Of a DNA stretch of 64,000 nt, positions 11,701 to 25,666 are shown one piece after another. Positions within the stretch are counted from its first letter, which is position 1. Each line of letters starts with the position of its first letter. Location of the stretch: positions 13,454,001 through 13,518,000 of the forward strand of contig CAIIXF020000001.1 in the NCBI GenBank assembly GCA_903813345.2, read 5' to 3'. A program made the translations under genes and the position numbers. Under the pieces are notes generated by a model. It searched no databases and was not told the DNA's origin. It worked only from the letters and a program-made list of their open reading frames with translations. This DNA is from Owenia fusiformis (taxonomy: Eukaryota).

Positions 11701-14700
11701 ATAATAACTAATTGAGGCAAACACATTTAAATTATGATAATATCCATCACATGCTGCAGTATTGTGTTTTATGAACTTTCATCTTTTGTACATTATTACT
11801 TATTAATCAACTTTAAGAATTTAAACTTTCAAAAGCCCATGTGGTTGGGTTTTCTTTCCTTATGATCACTGATCCAAACACAAAAATTAAAAATCCCCCA
11901 TGTCATTGATCTCTATCCTATAATTTTCACATGGCAGTCAATCATTTTTAATTAAAGCATAAATTCTTTTTATTTGATGCTATTTAATTAGCCTAAGTGA
12001 TGTTTCTAAGATTCACTTAGGGGATGATGATATTTTGTATTGTTATTTGATATGTGGTTTGGAGGTGCCGCTGATGTCCCAATTGGGTCAACACTCGGTC
12101 ACCTTTCTATCTCACATTCCAAAAAACCACAACACAAATATAGCATTATCACCCAGCCATTAGTAAAAATACCAGCCTTTTTCGTGTTTTCATGTATAAT
12201 AGTCATGTGGTGTTGTCCGTGTATATTCAAGATTGGAATAACTGACAGTGAAAAGCGTCCACATTAAAATGATGTTGTGGTTAAGATTGGACTGTGGGAT
12301 TTATTGAAGATTTAATCTAACCATTAACCCATGACCCAACCCATAACAAGTGATTTGATTCAAATTGGAGGGCACCACCTTTAAGGCTTAGTTGATAGAA
12401 AGTTTTGTGGGAATCTTATTAATTAGATTTTTAGTATGATGCATTGATAAGATGATCTGCCCATCATTTTAAGGATGAGATTAATTAATACAAACAAGTT
12501 TCCTGTAATTCATAATTTAAAAAAAAAGTCATTTTCAATATAGAAACAAAAGAATGTGACGGGTTTCAATGTAACATACCATAATACAGTTATTGCATAT
12601 GAAAAAAATAAAAATATAGAACTTTGTCATTACAAGTCTGTGATTTCTTTTTTATGAAGTGCATCGAATAATCTCTTGATATGAGGGTTCCCATGTGATT
12701 TTTTCACCAACAAGATAAACAATGATTTTTACTGGCTCGGATTACTTCAGGGCAATACAAGGCAAAATACAGTTGCTTTTGTAGACAAGTTTTCAGCCAT
12801 ATCGTATGAATAGCATTGTCAATATAGAATTACCTTTTATGTTTTATCTTGGAAAGATGACATTCCATGACAAAGACTAAGAAATGATAACCTGGAATCA
12901 GCTGAATAACTATACATAGACGATAAATTTTAATATCATTATATTTTTTGAGGCATGCAATCTATTGAAATCTGGAGTCTGGCATTTTCCACATGGTTCC
13001 ATTTAGTTCCATTGACTATGGCAGGCCATGTCAAGCTGTCCCAGACCTAAACGCTGGCCCATGTATGGTTAACCACAACTACTGTCTAAACCAAGTCTCA
13101 GGGCTCTCATTTTTTCATCATTAGGACGACTCAAGGCCGGGTCAAGTCTTTAGCACTAATTTATATATGAGAGCTATCACATGATTTATTTATATGAATG
13201 AAATGTTTGATGGTATTAATTAGAATGATTTGATATTATTATGTAGAATTTATTTCATATTAATATAATTGTATTTTAGAATCTTCTGAATAAAAAACAG
13301 CTAAACTCAATTTTCAAAAACTCTATTTTTTAATATTTAAGAAGCTAGACAGTTGTTTTTAATTATTGTATCCAGTGTATCAATTGTATTTTCAAAATAT
13401 TTTGATATTTCACTATGAGAGACTTATTTATACTTGTTGCTAAGCAACTGAAACAGTTATTTATTTATCAAATACTTCCAGGGACTTCTTGGCTCATCTT
13501 TTAATATTTCATCAAATTAATTGCAATGCTAAACATGTTTTTAATCATCACAATTAACAATTTGAACCGTTTCTATAGTAATGATGAACACTAAAAACAC
13601 TATGCGCCCTACCAGCCCACATACAGAATGAAATATGAAATATTAAAATTACATTCAAATAATATGTTAAATGTAATTGCAAATAAATGTATATATTTTT
13701 GAAATTATGATACATTGATAATTTTTAAAAGTAGACACTTAACAAGAATTGAATATCATTTCTATCTTTGTTAACTGAATTTCATCCGAATTCTAATTCT
13801 CAGGCTGTGGTGATATTAAAATAATCTTGTAAAATGATTTCCCAAGTTTCAGGTATGTTTATCAGCTCTTAAAAAGGTTTGCAATTAATAAAAATTCTAT
13901 AGCCAAAAATGTGTTTTGATTTAATAGAGCGGAATGATCGAGATAAGTGAAACTTTTAGATATAAAATAATTGTTGAACAATGTTATATAATAGGTATAC
14001 ATTTTGCTGATTGGGGTTGTTAATCCTGACAAAAGCTAACTATGGCCATAGAAGCTGGAACATATTTTTATTTTACTTTGGCTTATCTAATATGATATGA
14101 CAGAACAGGTCAGCTGTAATTTGTAATTACCTATGTACAGAGAAGTGCATACCATTCCATCCACTTGTTCTCTATGTGTTCTCTATGTACAGCTGCTCGT
14201 GGAAATCATGCAGGGGAAACAAGATAAACATTTTGAGATGCTGGGATATTTGATTTTATTATGTTGTTGTAATTATTCCACCAAACTATTTCTTTCTGAA
14301 CAGTGAAGTCTTGTAATATACAAAATAGTTTTTGCGTCACTTTGGTCATTTTAAGTAGAATCTGTATCTGCAAGCTAACTGATTTCCTGCGTGTGATGTC
14401 ATATTGATGTAGCCGTGTATTATTAAAATACCTTGGATTAACTATCAAGAAAATGGGAAAAGAATCTCCAAAATGAAACAATGTGAAAAGATGAGCTATT
14501 TTAGGGATGCTGTTAATGTACCTTACTTGTTAGAATGTTTATATTTTATCAAGTTCTCAGCTGGTATAATAGCCAGGGTTCCACGGTCATGAAGTGCTTC
14601 ACAGTTCCTTTAATAGTATGTTTTTTTACAGGATCCATGAAATAATTGCTAATCTCTAGCTGTATCTAAAAGAATCTACATATTTTTGAGCATGAATTTG

Positions 14701-15670
14701 TAATTTGGAAAAACTAATGTTGAAATTGTTGCATTCAGCAGTTATGAAGATTCCTTTTTGACACATTATAAAACATTTCTTTAATAGTTCGTTAATTCAT
14801 TTGAGAGTTGGGTTTCCATAGTCAGCATGGAACATTGAGGTCTAAGCTGCTTTGACTGACAACACCCCCAATTCACTTGACAGTTTGCTAAAACAAAGTC
14901 AGACATAGAAGCAACATTTGTACTTATTGGTCTCTGATGTTTTTTCACATGGACTTCAAAATGTCTTTGAATTCATGAGGACAAGAAGCGTGTTTTCCCA
15001 GATACCCTTGCTACATTGTGAAATAGTTAGAACTTTTGGCCCTCATTGCGGGGGTCTGAACTTCTGAGAGACTTTAGGTGAGATGTTTACAAAATATTTG
15101 GCTTACTTAACAAAAACAGGTTTAATTTTTACAATTCTCAAAGACACATTCATGTGAATTTGACCTGATTCGTTGATTTAGTGAAGGATTGAAATGACAA
15201 TAGTTGTGACAAGGTTGAAGTTTGGGAGAGAAGCTTACAGTCAGATGTAGCTGAGAAAATATCTTGGTTTTGAATTAATGATCTTAATTTAATATATTTT
15301 TGATAGTACCATTTGACTGTCATCCTTAACAAAATATTTGCATTAACACCAATCTATTGAGAAATACCAAATCACACCATTTCGGAAAGGTGTATTTGCA
15401 TGTAATTAAATTTATTGCTTATTTGAAAATAAATTCATGTCTTTTACTATCGTGCATGGAAAATCATAAGAAATGCACTGTTTATCTTTATTTGTGTGTG
15501 GATCACTAAAACAAAATAAAAAAATATTGATAGACCCAGTTTGTCACCTCAAATTGCTATAACACCAGCCAATGTTAGATACTGTCTTATGCTGACAATG
15601 TGCTAATTGAAATAAATTTCTGGTACTATATAACTGCATCCCCCTTGGTTGCATTTATATGATTTCATAG

Positions 15671-15706
15671 AGTGACATGTATAGACAGCAGCAATCTCAT
15701 AGACAG
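15671..15706 (+). CDS. rn: Gene 2 putative 36-nt in-frame exon SDMYRQQQSHRQ
   Basis: TTTCATAG| ... CAG|GTAAGA, phase 0-0, open. Confidence 0.45.
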
Positions 15707-16923
15707 GTAAGATTTAATACATATTTATTATTGATTTCTTTCAACTTTTGTTATGAATAATAAATAGTTTTGTTTGAATAGCTCACAGAATGCATTACTT
15801 TATTAAAAGAAAATGGTAAAATAAAATAGATGTTTCTTCTTAGAACTTTGTTCATTTGAGGAAAAAAATTATTAAAAGACCACATGTATTTTTTATTTTT
15901 ATGTTTGAAATAAATCATCTTGAGATAAAGTATTATGTATATGGCTTTGAATTAGTTCTGGTTATCACTAGCATAAAAGGAAGTTGAAACATTCAAGAAC
16001 AGCTTTTAAGTTATAGTGGTTCTTATCCCACTTTTTATATTTAGAAAAAAGTTATAAAATAAAATAAAAACTGCTAAAGCGGATTATTGGTATAAAAACG
16101 TTTTTTTAGTTTTTTTATGAAAATTACCTGTACAGTATATATTCTTTTCTTTAGTTAAAAATGTGTTTGATTTTGTTTATTTTATTTTACCGTGCGGTAA
16201 AAAGATTGGGTCTTGTTAATAGAATTAAGCTAGTTTTCTCAAAAAAGCCTCACTTTCTAAAAATGAGGCAGTTTTAGAGATAAACCCCAAATGAGGGATG
16301 AAGTGAAAAAAATTTCATTTTATATATTCTTTTGTTCACTATCAGTAGAAAATAACTTGAAAATCTGAGAATCACATGCTCCCAAAAAACAAACAGATAA
16401 AAAATAATAGGGAATTAATAGCACCCAGTTGAGAAAATGTTTCACACAATGGCCTATAGCTAAAACTTATCCGCAACTGCATCTTGTTTTAATTGAACTA
16501 CTACCCATAAATCTGGTGAATGCATTACGGATATATTAAATACAGTAAGCAAAAAACGTTTTGTAACCTCTTTACTATCCAGGGGAGATCACTGGTAATT
16601 GATGTTATGCAATTATTACCATCTTCGCACACTCCGGTCTTCACTGTGACCGACGGGAGCCGAGTGAACGAAGATGATTATTACAAAATGTCAAAGTATT
16701 AGATACAAGTACATCTCAATAATGGAATGATTTAGATAGTATATGTATGCAGAACATTCAAACCCCCTTAAGGCAATTAAAGGTTAATGACAGTCTAGTT
16801 CTTGATACTTGAGTTTACTAAGAAGAATTATTTGTATGATAAATGTAAATTTCTTAGTTACATCTCAGTAATTGCTGTATCCTTTTCTTGTGTTTTTGTG
16901 TTTCTTGTATTAAAAATTGTGTA

Positions 16924-17022
16924 TAGTAAGACCTGTCTCAGTGAATACCTCTCTCCAGTGAACACCTGTCTCGAGTGGACACCCTTCCTCCGCTCATACT
17001 CTACTGACTTCTGTATAAACTA
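16924..17022. mobile_element. Fragment of the pogo-like MITE family seen at 39394-39577
   Basis: Aligns by eye to the reverse complement of ~39480-39577. Confidence 0.6.
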
Positions 17023-17167
17023 TGTCACTACCAGGATGTGTCCAGAGAGCATCATGCCTGTGACAGACAGATATGGTTGACTTGACAATATCCCCTCAGT
17101 GGCATTTGTTCAGATCGTACATAAACAGAAATCATAACTTAATAGTAAATGTTTCTTGTATTTTCAG

Positions 17168-17230
17168 TTTGAGGGTTTTTATTCCCTTATGGCAGAGAGG
17201 CATGATATGTACATGTGGGAGGGCATGGAG
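17168..17230 (+). CDS. rn: Gene 2 exon FEGFYSLMAERHDMYMWEGME (alternative start ATG at 17189)
   Basis: TATTTTCAG| ... GAG|GTAAGA, 63 nt, phase 0-0, open. Confidence 0.7.
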
Positions 17231-18236
17231 GTAAGATCATCTAAAATATTGTGTAATTTATAGAATTCCTGCAATCTGATTGGTTGATATTTGCCTGATC
17301 TTCTATTGTTGATAAGTTCTTAGGAATGATCAGACATATTCTACTAAATTGTATTTTGAGGTTTTAGATGTCTTGTTTGGACCTTGACATAGTTGGTTTT
17401 GGGGCTTTTGAGTTAGACATATTTTGGTTTAGGATGTTTGTGGAATGTGTGATCGTTTAATGGTTATTTTTTGAAAAAATTATTTCTGTATAAATATTGG
17501 TTTATACTTATGTTAGTTAAATGCAATACTGTTGAAATTACGCATTATGCATAAAATTTACATATCTCTGTTTTCAACCAGCATTTTAACAATTATATGT
17601 TTTAATCACATTTGATATGTCTACCTTGAAACAATGTTGGATTAGTCCTGTTTTAACATGGTAAAGTGTATTTTTATATCTCATATTTGGAAAAGAGGGG
17701 GAGGCATGGGGGTAATCCAAGAGGGTAGCTTTTGCTAATTTTTTTTTGATGGTTTGTGTTTTTTGAAGGGGTTTTATGTTTATCCTATGCTATGAAGTTT
17801 CAACCATTGTTGTTCTATTAGTTGAGCCTTTTTCCTTCTGGAACTGATACTTTTATTTTCTTCTATATTTTGGGAGCCTGTCATATAGAGTCTCCTTTTT
17901 CCTTTTACATGTTTTGATGAATATATTTTGTTCCAGGAGTAGATGTCCATTTCTGTTTTATATGGTTATGATGGTATAGTGATAAAAGTTATTTTTAGTT
18001 GTTTCCCAATTTTCTTTTCATCTAATCTTGCCCTTTGTGTTTTCTCACATATAACAAACATTTAAGGTTGATATACAATCATAAACCTACTTTGTAATTG
18101 ACTAAGGTAAAGTTGAGATCAAATCACAGCATAATAGTTTTTCGAGTCTCATTGCCTTATGGTCAAGTGGTGCCTGGATTGAAAAAGATTTAGTATTTAT
18201 AATCCGTCTGATTGTTGTTAACCTTTTACATTTCAG

Positions 18237-18282
18237 GCCCCCAGCTCATCTTCAGACGTGCCACACATATCAGAAAATCAAG
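18237..18282 (+). CDS. rn: Gene 2 exon APSSSDVPHISENQ with tandem donors (AAG|GTAG|GTAAAT)
   Basis: CATTTCAG| phase-0 acceptor. The first donor is phase 1 and matches 24521; a second donor 4 nt later is phase 2. Confidence 0.7.
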
Positions 18283-18760
18283 GTAGGTAAATTGAAATGA
18301 AACATATTGATGACTCTTAAATGCATCATTTTGCGGCGTGACATCCGGGTTTCTATTGGTTTTATATTAAAATTGAAATTAATCTTAGAAAAGGTCCAGA
18401 TTCAGACAAAAAGACTTGTTTGAATGCGTTTTGAACTCTCAATGGTATCGCTGTTCTAAGTCCTTTCTCGATATTCTAGAGTCCTTTCTCAATTGCTTTT
18501 AAGTTCAACTCAGTTGAGAATACTTGTTCTTAGTTTGAGCTGTCACATTCTGAGCATATATATTAGAATATATGTGAATATGTTTGTACAATGTACTGCA
18601 AATACCACACACTTACATCCATTCTCTTTCTTTGCCTTTATGCTTAACCTGTTTCACTACATTCGTGTTTTATTTATTTTTTCTATTTATCTAGTAAATT
18701 TTATCAATGTCCCTTGGAGAGAGTAGAGCTGTGGTATTGTAAGGTCATCGGTTTTTATAT

Positions 18761-19375
18761 TTTGACCCTTAATCAAAACTACCATGTGCAATTTATAAAT
18801 GAGTAAGCAGTACTTTGTGTTCAACTTTAACCTTTTTGACTAGAAATAGATTAATTCACAATCCATTATAGATGATTAAATTTGTAATCAAATAAAAAGT
18901 GAAAATGTCTGAAAAAATCATGAGATGTGTATATTTGAATTTTCATCAGTATTATAGTTTGACCCTTTATTCAAAACTACCCCTGTGCAATGTATAAATT
19001 AGTATGAAATGGATATGTTTCGTGTCCACCTCTAGCCCCTATTAGTACGAATACATGTTGATTGATTCATAATCCATTATGAATGATTGAATTTGTAATT
19101 ATATAAAAAGTCAAAAAAAATGTCTAAAAAATCATGTGATTTGTATATTTGATTTTTCATCAGTATGATAGTTTGACCCTTTATTCAAAATTACCCCTGT
19201 ATAATGTATAAATTAGTATGAAATGAATATATTTCGTGTCCACCTCTAGCCCCTATTATTCCAAATACATGTTGATTGATTCATAATCCATTATGAATGA
19301 TTGGATTTGTAATTATATAAAAAGTCAAAACAAAATATGCATGAAAAAATGAGATGCGTATATTTGATATTTTTT
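18761..19375. repeat. Three diverged tandem copies of a ~200-bp unit
   Basis: TTTGACCCTT(T)A(T)TCAAAA(C/T)TACC starts at ~18761, 18958 and 19172 with collinear downstream similarity. Confidence 0.85.
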
Positions 19376-22300
19376 ATTAAAATAACATGCACATATAGTA
19401 TAGTATATAGAAGTGTATTACTGCCCTATTCTCTTTTATAAATATTCAATTCATGAAAAAACGTTTAGTGATTTAAACATCACTTTTCTGTATAGTGACA
19501 TGAATTTGATCTATTAACCACAAATTATTCTATACATCATAAAGGTGATTGATGTTTATGCATATATTAAAATGCTTAAATACTGTTTTTATTGAACTTC
19601 AAAACATCAATACTGTATGTATTTAGATGATCTTTATCTATGCATTGAATTCAAAATGAGATGCAATCCAAATAATGTTTTGTCAATGAGTTACACTAAA
19701 TAATATAAAATGATAACAATATTCTATTGTATTAAAGGTGATATATACAGATAAATATGTTATTTAATCCTAATAAGTTTACAAGTGTTATAATCTCATT
19801 TCCATCTCTGGGAAGAATCCAGATGTCAAGGGTCAACAAGATGTCAATTTTTATCACTGACAGAATCATTATTAAGAATAAAATAAAAATTTAAAAAAGA
19901 CAAAGAGATAAAGGGATTTAATTCTTAAAACATCACATCAAACATTTTGCTTTTTAATGCTACAAGAAAACTTAACGATAATAAATGAATGTCTGTTTAG
20001 AGATGGTCTATCACTCACTATATTCTGCAAATTTATTTTTTGCAATATTTGTGGTTTTCATACTTTTTATGTTGAAAATCATAACATTAGTTTTAGTATT
20101 CTATCTTTTAAGTGTTTTAATGGTTTTTATGAAGTTTTTAATAGATTGACCTTGTGTGTTACCTGGTATGTTTAAACATGGACTTGACGAAAAATGATTT
20201 TAGGCATACATCTTTTTATAAGAGCTTTTCATAATAAAAGGGAAAATATCAAAAAAGAACATAAGCCATGTTTTATTAAACACACATAAAGTTTGGAAGA
20301 GCAGTTTGTGTTACAAATAATCGTAAAAATGTAAATTCGTAAGGAAATACAGGCTGTTAGATTCAATAAAATACTGTTAAGATAATGTTTAATAGAATGA
20401 TAGAATTATTCATATCTTCTGCAGTGAGATTACACCACTTTTTGCTCCTATCTTTACTTTATAAATTATTAACCTCCATTTGTGAAAATACACTTTGTAT
20501 AAATGATTTCATGAATATTATGGAAAATTGTTTTTTTATTTTATGAAATTACATTTGGGTTGTGCTTGGAATGAAGCATGATCTTTAGGTTTTCTATCAA
20601 GTTTTCTTTTACATCCACAGAGTAAGAATTTTGTGAGACAAAGTAAAAAATATATCAGTTTTGTAGATCATGTTGAAAAGATCAAGAAGGATGGTACTTT
20701 TAATCGTGTTTTTATTTTGATGAGACATGACCAAATGAATTACTTTCAGAGATAACAAATAATTCAGCATCATATTCAAAAGATCATTTTATGACTTTCT
20801 TCTTTACAACATTGCATGACTATCTACATTTAATCTTTTGTTTTTCTATCAATTCATTCACAATAGGTAGAATTATGACTTACTTTATCATAAAACATCT
20901 TTGATCTTTTTGTTTTTCCATGAAAGAACACTCAAGGTAATCATAGTGGACTGAATTATATTTTTTCTTGTTGATTTTAATTATGAGTGTCTGAAGGGAT
21001 CAAAGGGCAGATGTGCCTCTTAGAGTGGTGCCCATGTAAGGGTCAAACCAACTTCCAGAATTGGAGACCCTTAGGATCAGGGGTCACCCATAATGTTGCA
21101 TTCATTCAGACTATCCAGGTGCAAATGCCCATAATAGTATATAATCAGCCAGGGCGACCACTCATTCAACTTCATAGACCGTTAATGAATAAAAAACATT
21201 TCTATTTTCCTTTCTTCATTCACTCTGAATGGCCAAGCCAAGGCTTGAATGGGTAGGCATAAAAGGCAAAAGCAATTATCATATATCTTTTATTGCTAAG
21301 GACAGAAACTCTATACTAAGGGAACAAAAACCTGGTGTTTGCTAGGCAGAGAAATCTGACTGGGTGAATAGACTGACCCATTAATGGCCGACTTGCGCTC
21401 CCTTGGTTGCATGATCTATAGAGCGATGACACAAAAGGCAAGCATGTTTGGTCATTAAAAGAGACACTAATTAATTAAGGGGGCCAGTTTCAAAGCACCG
21501 TAAAACCAGGTGATCAAGCAAGACAAAAACCATGCCATACCGTTAAAGTAAAACAATCAAATCATAGATGATTTTTCATGTCCACACAATTAGCCCTTTG
21601 AAAGACCTTAGAACTCAAGGCTATCCCCATAATGGAATAATGATGACCACTATAATTGTATTTTAATATAAAGTCTTGTCAAGTTGATTTTTCATGTATT
21701 GACAGGCAATTGCTAATCAGCATTATCATTTCCCCTCCCAGTTGCTCTTAATTGTTCTTTAACGAAGAATTCAAAAAACCAAAATGTCAGAGATTGCATG
21801 AAGGATGCATTGGAGACAACGTTTGACAGTAGAGATGCTAATAAACTCTCTATAGAAAACTTTGTTCATTGAGGCTTTTGAAATCACTTGGCATTTTGAC
21901 ATAAGAAATCTGGTTTAGGTTAGAACTGCATGTCACTTAATAAACAATTTTTGAACTTTTTCAAAGGGTTTCTGAGTTAAAGTGTTTTAATGTGACCACA
22001 GGATACAGGAAAGTTTCATGACCATGCAATGCCAGAATTAAATTTTCACCTGCAAAAATGCACTGGTCACACCCTGCTCAAATATTCTAAAGGGAAAGCA
22101 CACATTTCCACATGCTCACATATTTTACATGTTTTATGCACATTTCACTGAAGAAACCTTACTGAGTTAAGAATTATTATTCCGATACCAAGACTCCATT
22201 GAGCTCTCAAGGATATACTCGACCCTTCATATGGTGTAAAATTCTCATTTTTACCTGAGACTAACATAAAAAAAAATTTTTTATGTTGGTCTCAGTTTTT

Positions 22301-24520
22301 ACCAATTCTGTCCAAGGTTTGTCCAAATTAGTTATTAGAATGTTACGATTCTTTGTATACTTAAACTGGTTCAAGGGGCTTTCAACATCAGATGTGAATA
22401 AGTTAATGCCTTATTGTAGTTCTATATTTGAAAGTGTGTTGGGGTCTGACACTATTGTAGTCAATCAAAGAAATATTAAGTTTTTTTCTATTTTCAACTG
22501 AATGCAAACCCCTATTGCCTGAATGTTAAAAGACCACTGAATGCCCTAGTAACTTGATATTCTAAGCAATTGGGTTATATGAGTACTTCTTGCACTAGTT
22601 AAACACACAACAGCCTTATCACATAGTCTTTTGTATAACTAACAAGTCTGCAGAAATCCTGGTCTGTTTTCAGTTCAAAGATGAACACCCTAGGACACCT
22701 TTCAGCAGCCTCTGTTAAGCAACACCAGATCTGTATTAGAGTGTTGATTTACATCTACATGTGTTTTAGATGACTCCAGTATGTGTTTTATTTCTGCCAC
22801 TTGACTCAGCTGGGAGTTAACCTTACATATATTATTTTGAGTGTCACATGGGCTCAGTTTATGCCACTCTATCAGATGGGTATGGGGCTGGCTACTAAAA
22901 GGCAAAGCACAAGTGGCAACTTAAGGAAAACACAAAACAACTCCTAAAAACCATAGCAATATTCTAATACAAAGCAAAACATAAAGCATGATACACATGA
23001 TTAATTTGACAGCATACATGGTAAAGAGTATTAAGAAACCTCAGAAATACCTAAATTAGAATTAGTAAGAGCAAGCCACAAAACTCTAATTCAAACTGCT
23101 AATAAATCTGGATTTCTTTATGTTCTTCAAGCAAAGCAAACATAGTCATCATATGCCTGTAATAATGCCTTCTACTCTATCAAGTTACAGATCCTTTCCT
23201 ATTCTTTCTGTGTCATATTCTACTTCAAGCACTATGTATCACTCTAGAATTCGTAATGTCCTTTATATTCCATCTTAAGTAGGACGACCATGTTATAACT
23301 TGATCTGTAAACTTTCTAGAATGTTTATTCTTACAGGTGGTATATTCTCTGTGGTATATAATTTTTTAAAGGATGTTAGATCAAGAGCAGCTAGTAAGGT
23401 CATGTTTCAGTACATTCTGTCATATTTGGTGATAAGTGGTTGTTTTTCAGTATGAAATTGTAGAGATGTCTCCCATGCATATTATGGGTTTATGGGTCCA
23501 TAATGATGACATACCTCAAATATGGCATATCTGTTGATACTGGTACACAGGGGAAGGGGGGGGGGGGGACAGGAGTTTCAAGGTAATATCTTTAGGGCTG
23601 CTTCCTTTGTCAACTTCATCTCTGCCCTTTACTGAGATAAGGTATAGGAGTCTCGTAAAATGGTATGGGATAAAAAAGACACCATAATAGTACATCACAT
23701 GATAACACACCTGACACACCCGCTATATAAATGTAGTCCAAACTAATATTATTTATGATCTACATATTAAATTCCATACTTGATCTGTCCTTTATATTGA
23801 TAGAGGATATCATGCAAGTGTCATATTTTAATAAGATATATGCTTTCAATGAGTGATTTCTATCTTTAATATCAGTTATCTGTTCACAGGATATTTTACA
23901 TTTAAGGTGTGGATCATGTTCATCAATCTACTAATTATTACTAATACATTTAGTTTGTTGATTAAAAGGCACCGCAAAATAAATAATTTTAGATTATATA
24001 AAGTATTCATGTAGTGTTCATTTAAAGTTAGAAAATTCCATTGGTTGCTGGTTTGGGAAAGCTGTTTCAAGAATTTTGAACTTCTCAATCTTCACAATAG
24101 CGAAACGAAAAATATTCAATCTGCCACCTTATAATATACAACGTACCCATACGAAGAGTCACTCGTAAAATGAACAAAATGGATGAAGGAGGATCCTTTG
24201 ATTTTTGCAAGAAAATTGTAGATCTTGACTGCTTGATACATTTTTGTGTACTGGTGATGTTAAAATTTCCAATAGATTCCATGCTTTAGTACCATATACA
24301 AAGGCTGACATAGTTTACTATACCATGGGCATTCATTGAGTGATTTATTTAACTTGTTTTAGGAAAGGCTGGTCACTAAGAGCATTTTCATATTAGCATG
24401 TTCATTAACTAATGACAAAAAATCATTTGTAGTATTATATTATAAATGGATTTTGGGTGGGTCAGGTATATTGCATGTGGCGAAGGCGTTAATCATTATG
24501 AAAATGTTTTTTGCTTCCAG

Positions 24521-24747
24521 TGCCACTAAATCGGTTGAATGAGCATCATGGCCGCCACTTACCTCCAGTGCCACAAAATGCCATGGAGAGCTCACCTAGC
24601 CAACCTCACGGTGCTGACCTCTATCAGGGCCCATCCTCAACTACCTCAAATCTTGTATCTCAGACATCACAGTTGGTTGTGCCTCAGCCACTGAAGGTGC
24701 ACAAACTGCAAGCTGCAAGAAGTTACCAATGCAAGATGTGTGAACAG
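24521..24747 (+). CDS. rn: Gene 2 exon: Pro/Ser/Gln-rich region and first half of zinc finger 1
   Basis: TTCCAG| phase 1; contains LVVPQP and ends YQCKMCEQ|GTAAGG (phase 0). The finger is completed by MFDTKADMMLHSQHVH in the next exon. Confidence 0.9.
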
Positions 24748-24786
24748 GTAAGGAGACAATCTGTTAAGAATAAACACAGTAGATGG

Positions 24787-25330
24787 ACCTATTGTTGAGC
24801 TACAGTATATGAGCCTATTGTTGAACCACAGTATATGAACCTGTTATTTAACTCCAGTATTTGAGCCTATTGTTGAACCACAGTATATGAACCTGTTATT
24901 TAACTCCAGTGTATGAGCCTATTGTTGAACCACAGTATATGAATCTGTTATTTAACCACAGTATATCAACCTATTGTTTAACTACAGTATAAGAACCTAA
25001 TATTTAACTGCAGTATAAGAACCTAATGTTTAACTGCAGTATAAGAACCTAATGTTTAACTGCAGTATATGAACCTGTTGTCTAACTACAGTATATGAAC
25101 CTGTTATTTAACTACAGTATATGAACCTGTTATTTAACTACAGTATATCAACCTAATGTTTAACTACAGTATAAGAACCTAATGTTTAACTGCAGTATAA
25201 GAACCTAATGTTTAACTGCAGTATATGAACCTGTTGTCTAACTACAGTATATCAACCTAATGTTTAACTACAGTATAAGAACCTAATGTTTAACTGCAGT
25301 ATTAACTATTGTATATGGACCTATTGTATA
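24787..25330. repeat. 26-bp minisatellite, ~20 copies
   Basis: Unit ACTACAGTATATGAACCTGTTATTTA and variants. Confidence 0.95.
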
Positions 25331-25666
25331 AATACTGTCTAAGGATGGACTTTTTAATTACAGTATTTATAGGATTAGGAACGTCTTATTAACTACATTA
25401 TAAACCTGTGAATTTACTTGAACTTACACTTATACCTACATTTTACACTTACTACCCAAAACACAGGAAGTGATATTAGTGAAGTTATTAAAAATTCATA
25501 AAATAAATACATATTTTTTTATTTAAAAAATATTAATTCCCTAAATTTAAGATTTCATACATTGCTAACATTTGACACTTAAATAAATCTAAAAGTTATC
25601 ATAGAGTTACACGGAATGATATGAGCTTAAGAGAATCTAGGATTGAGACACTTTGGAATAGATCAT

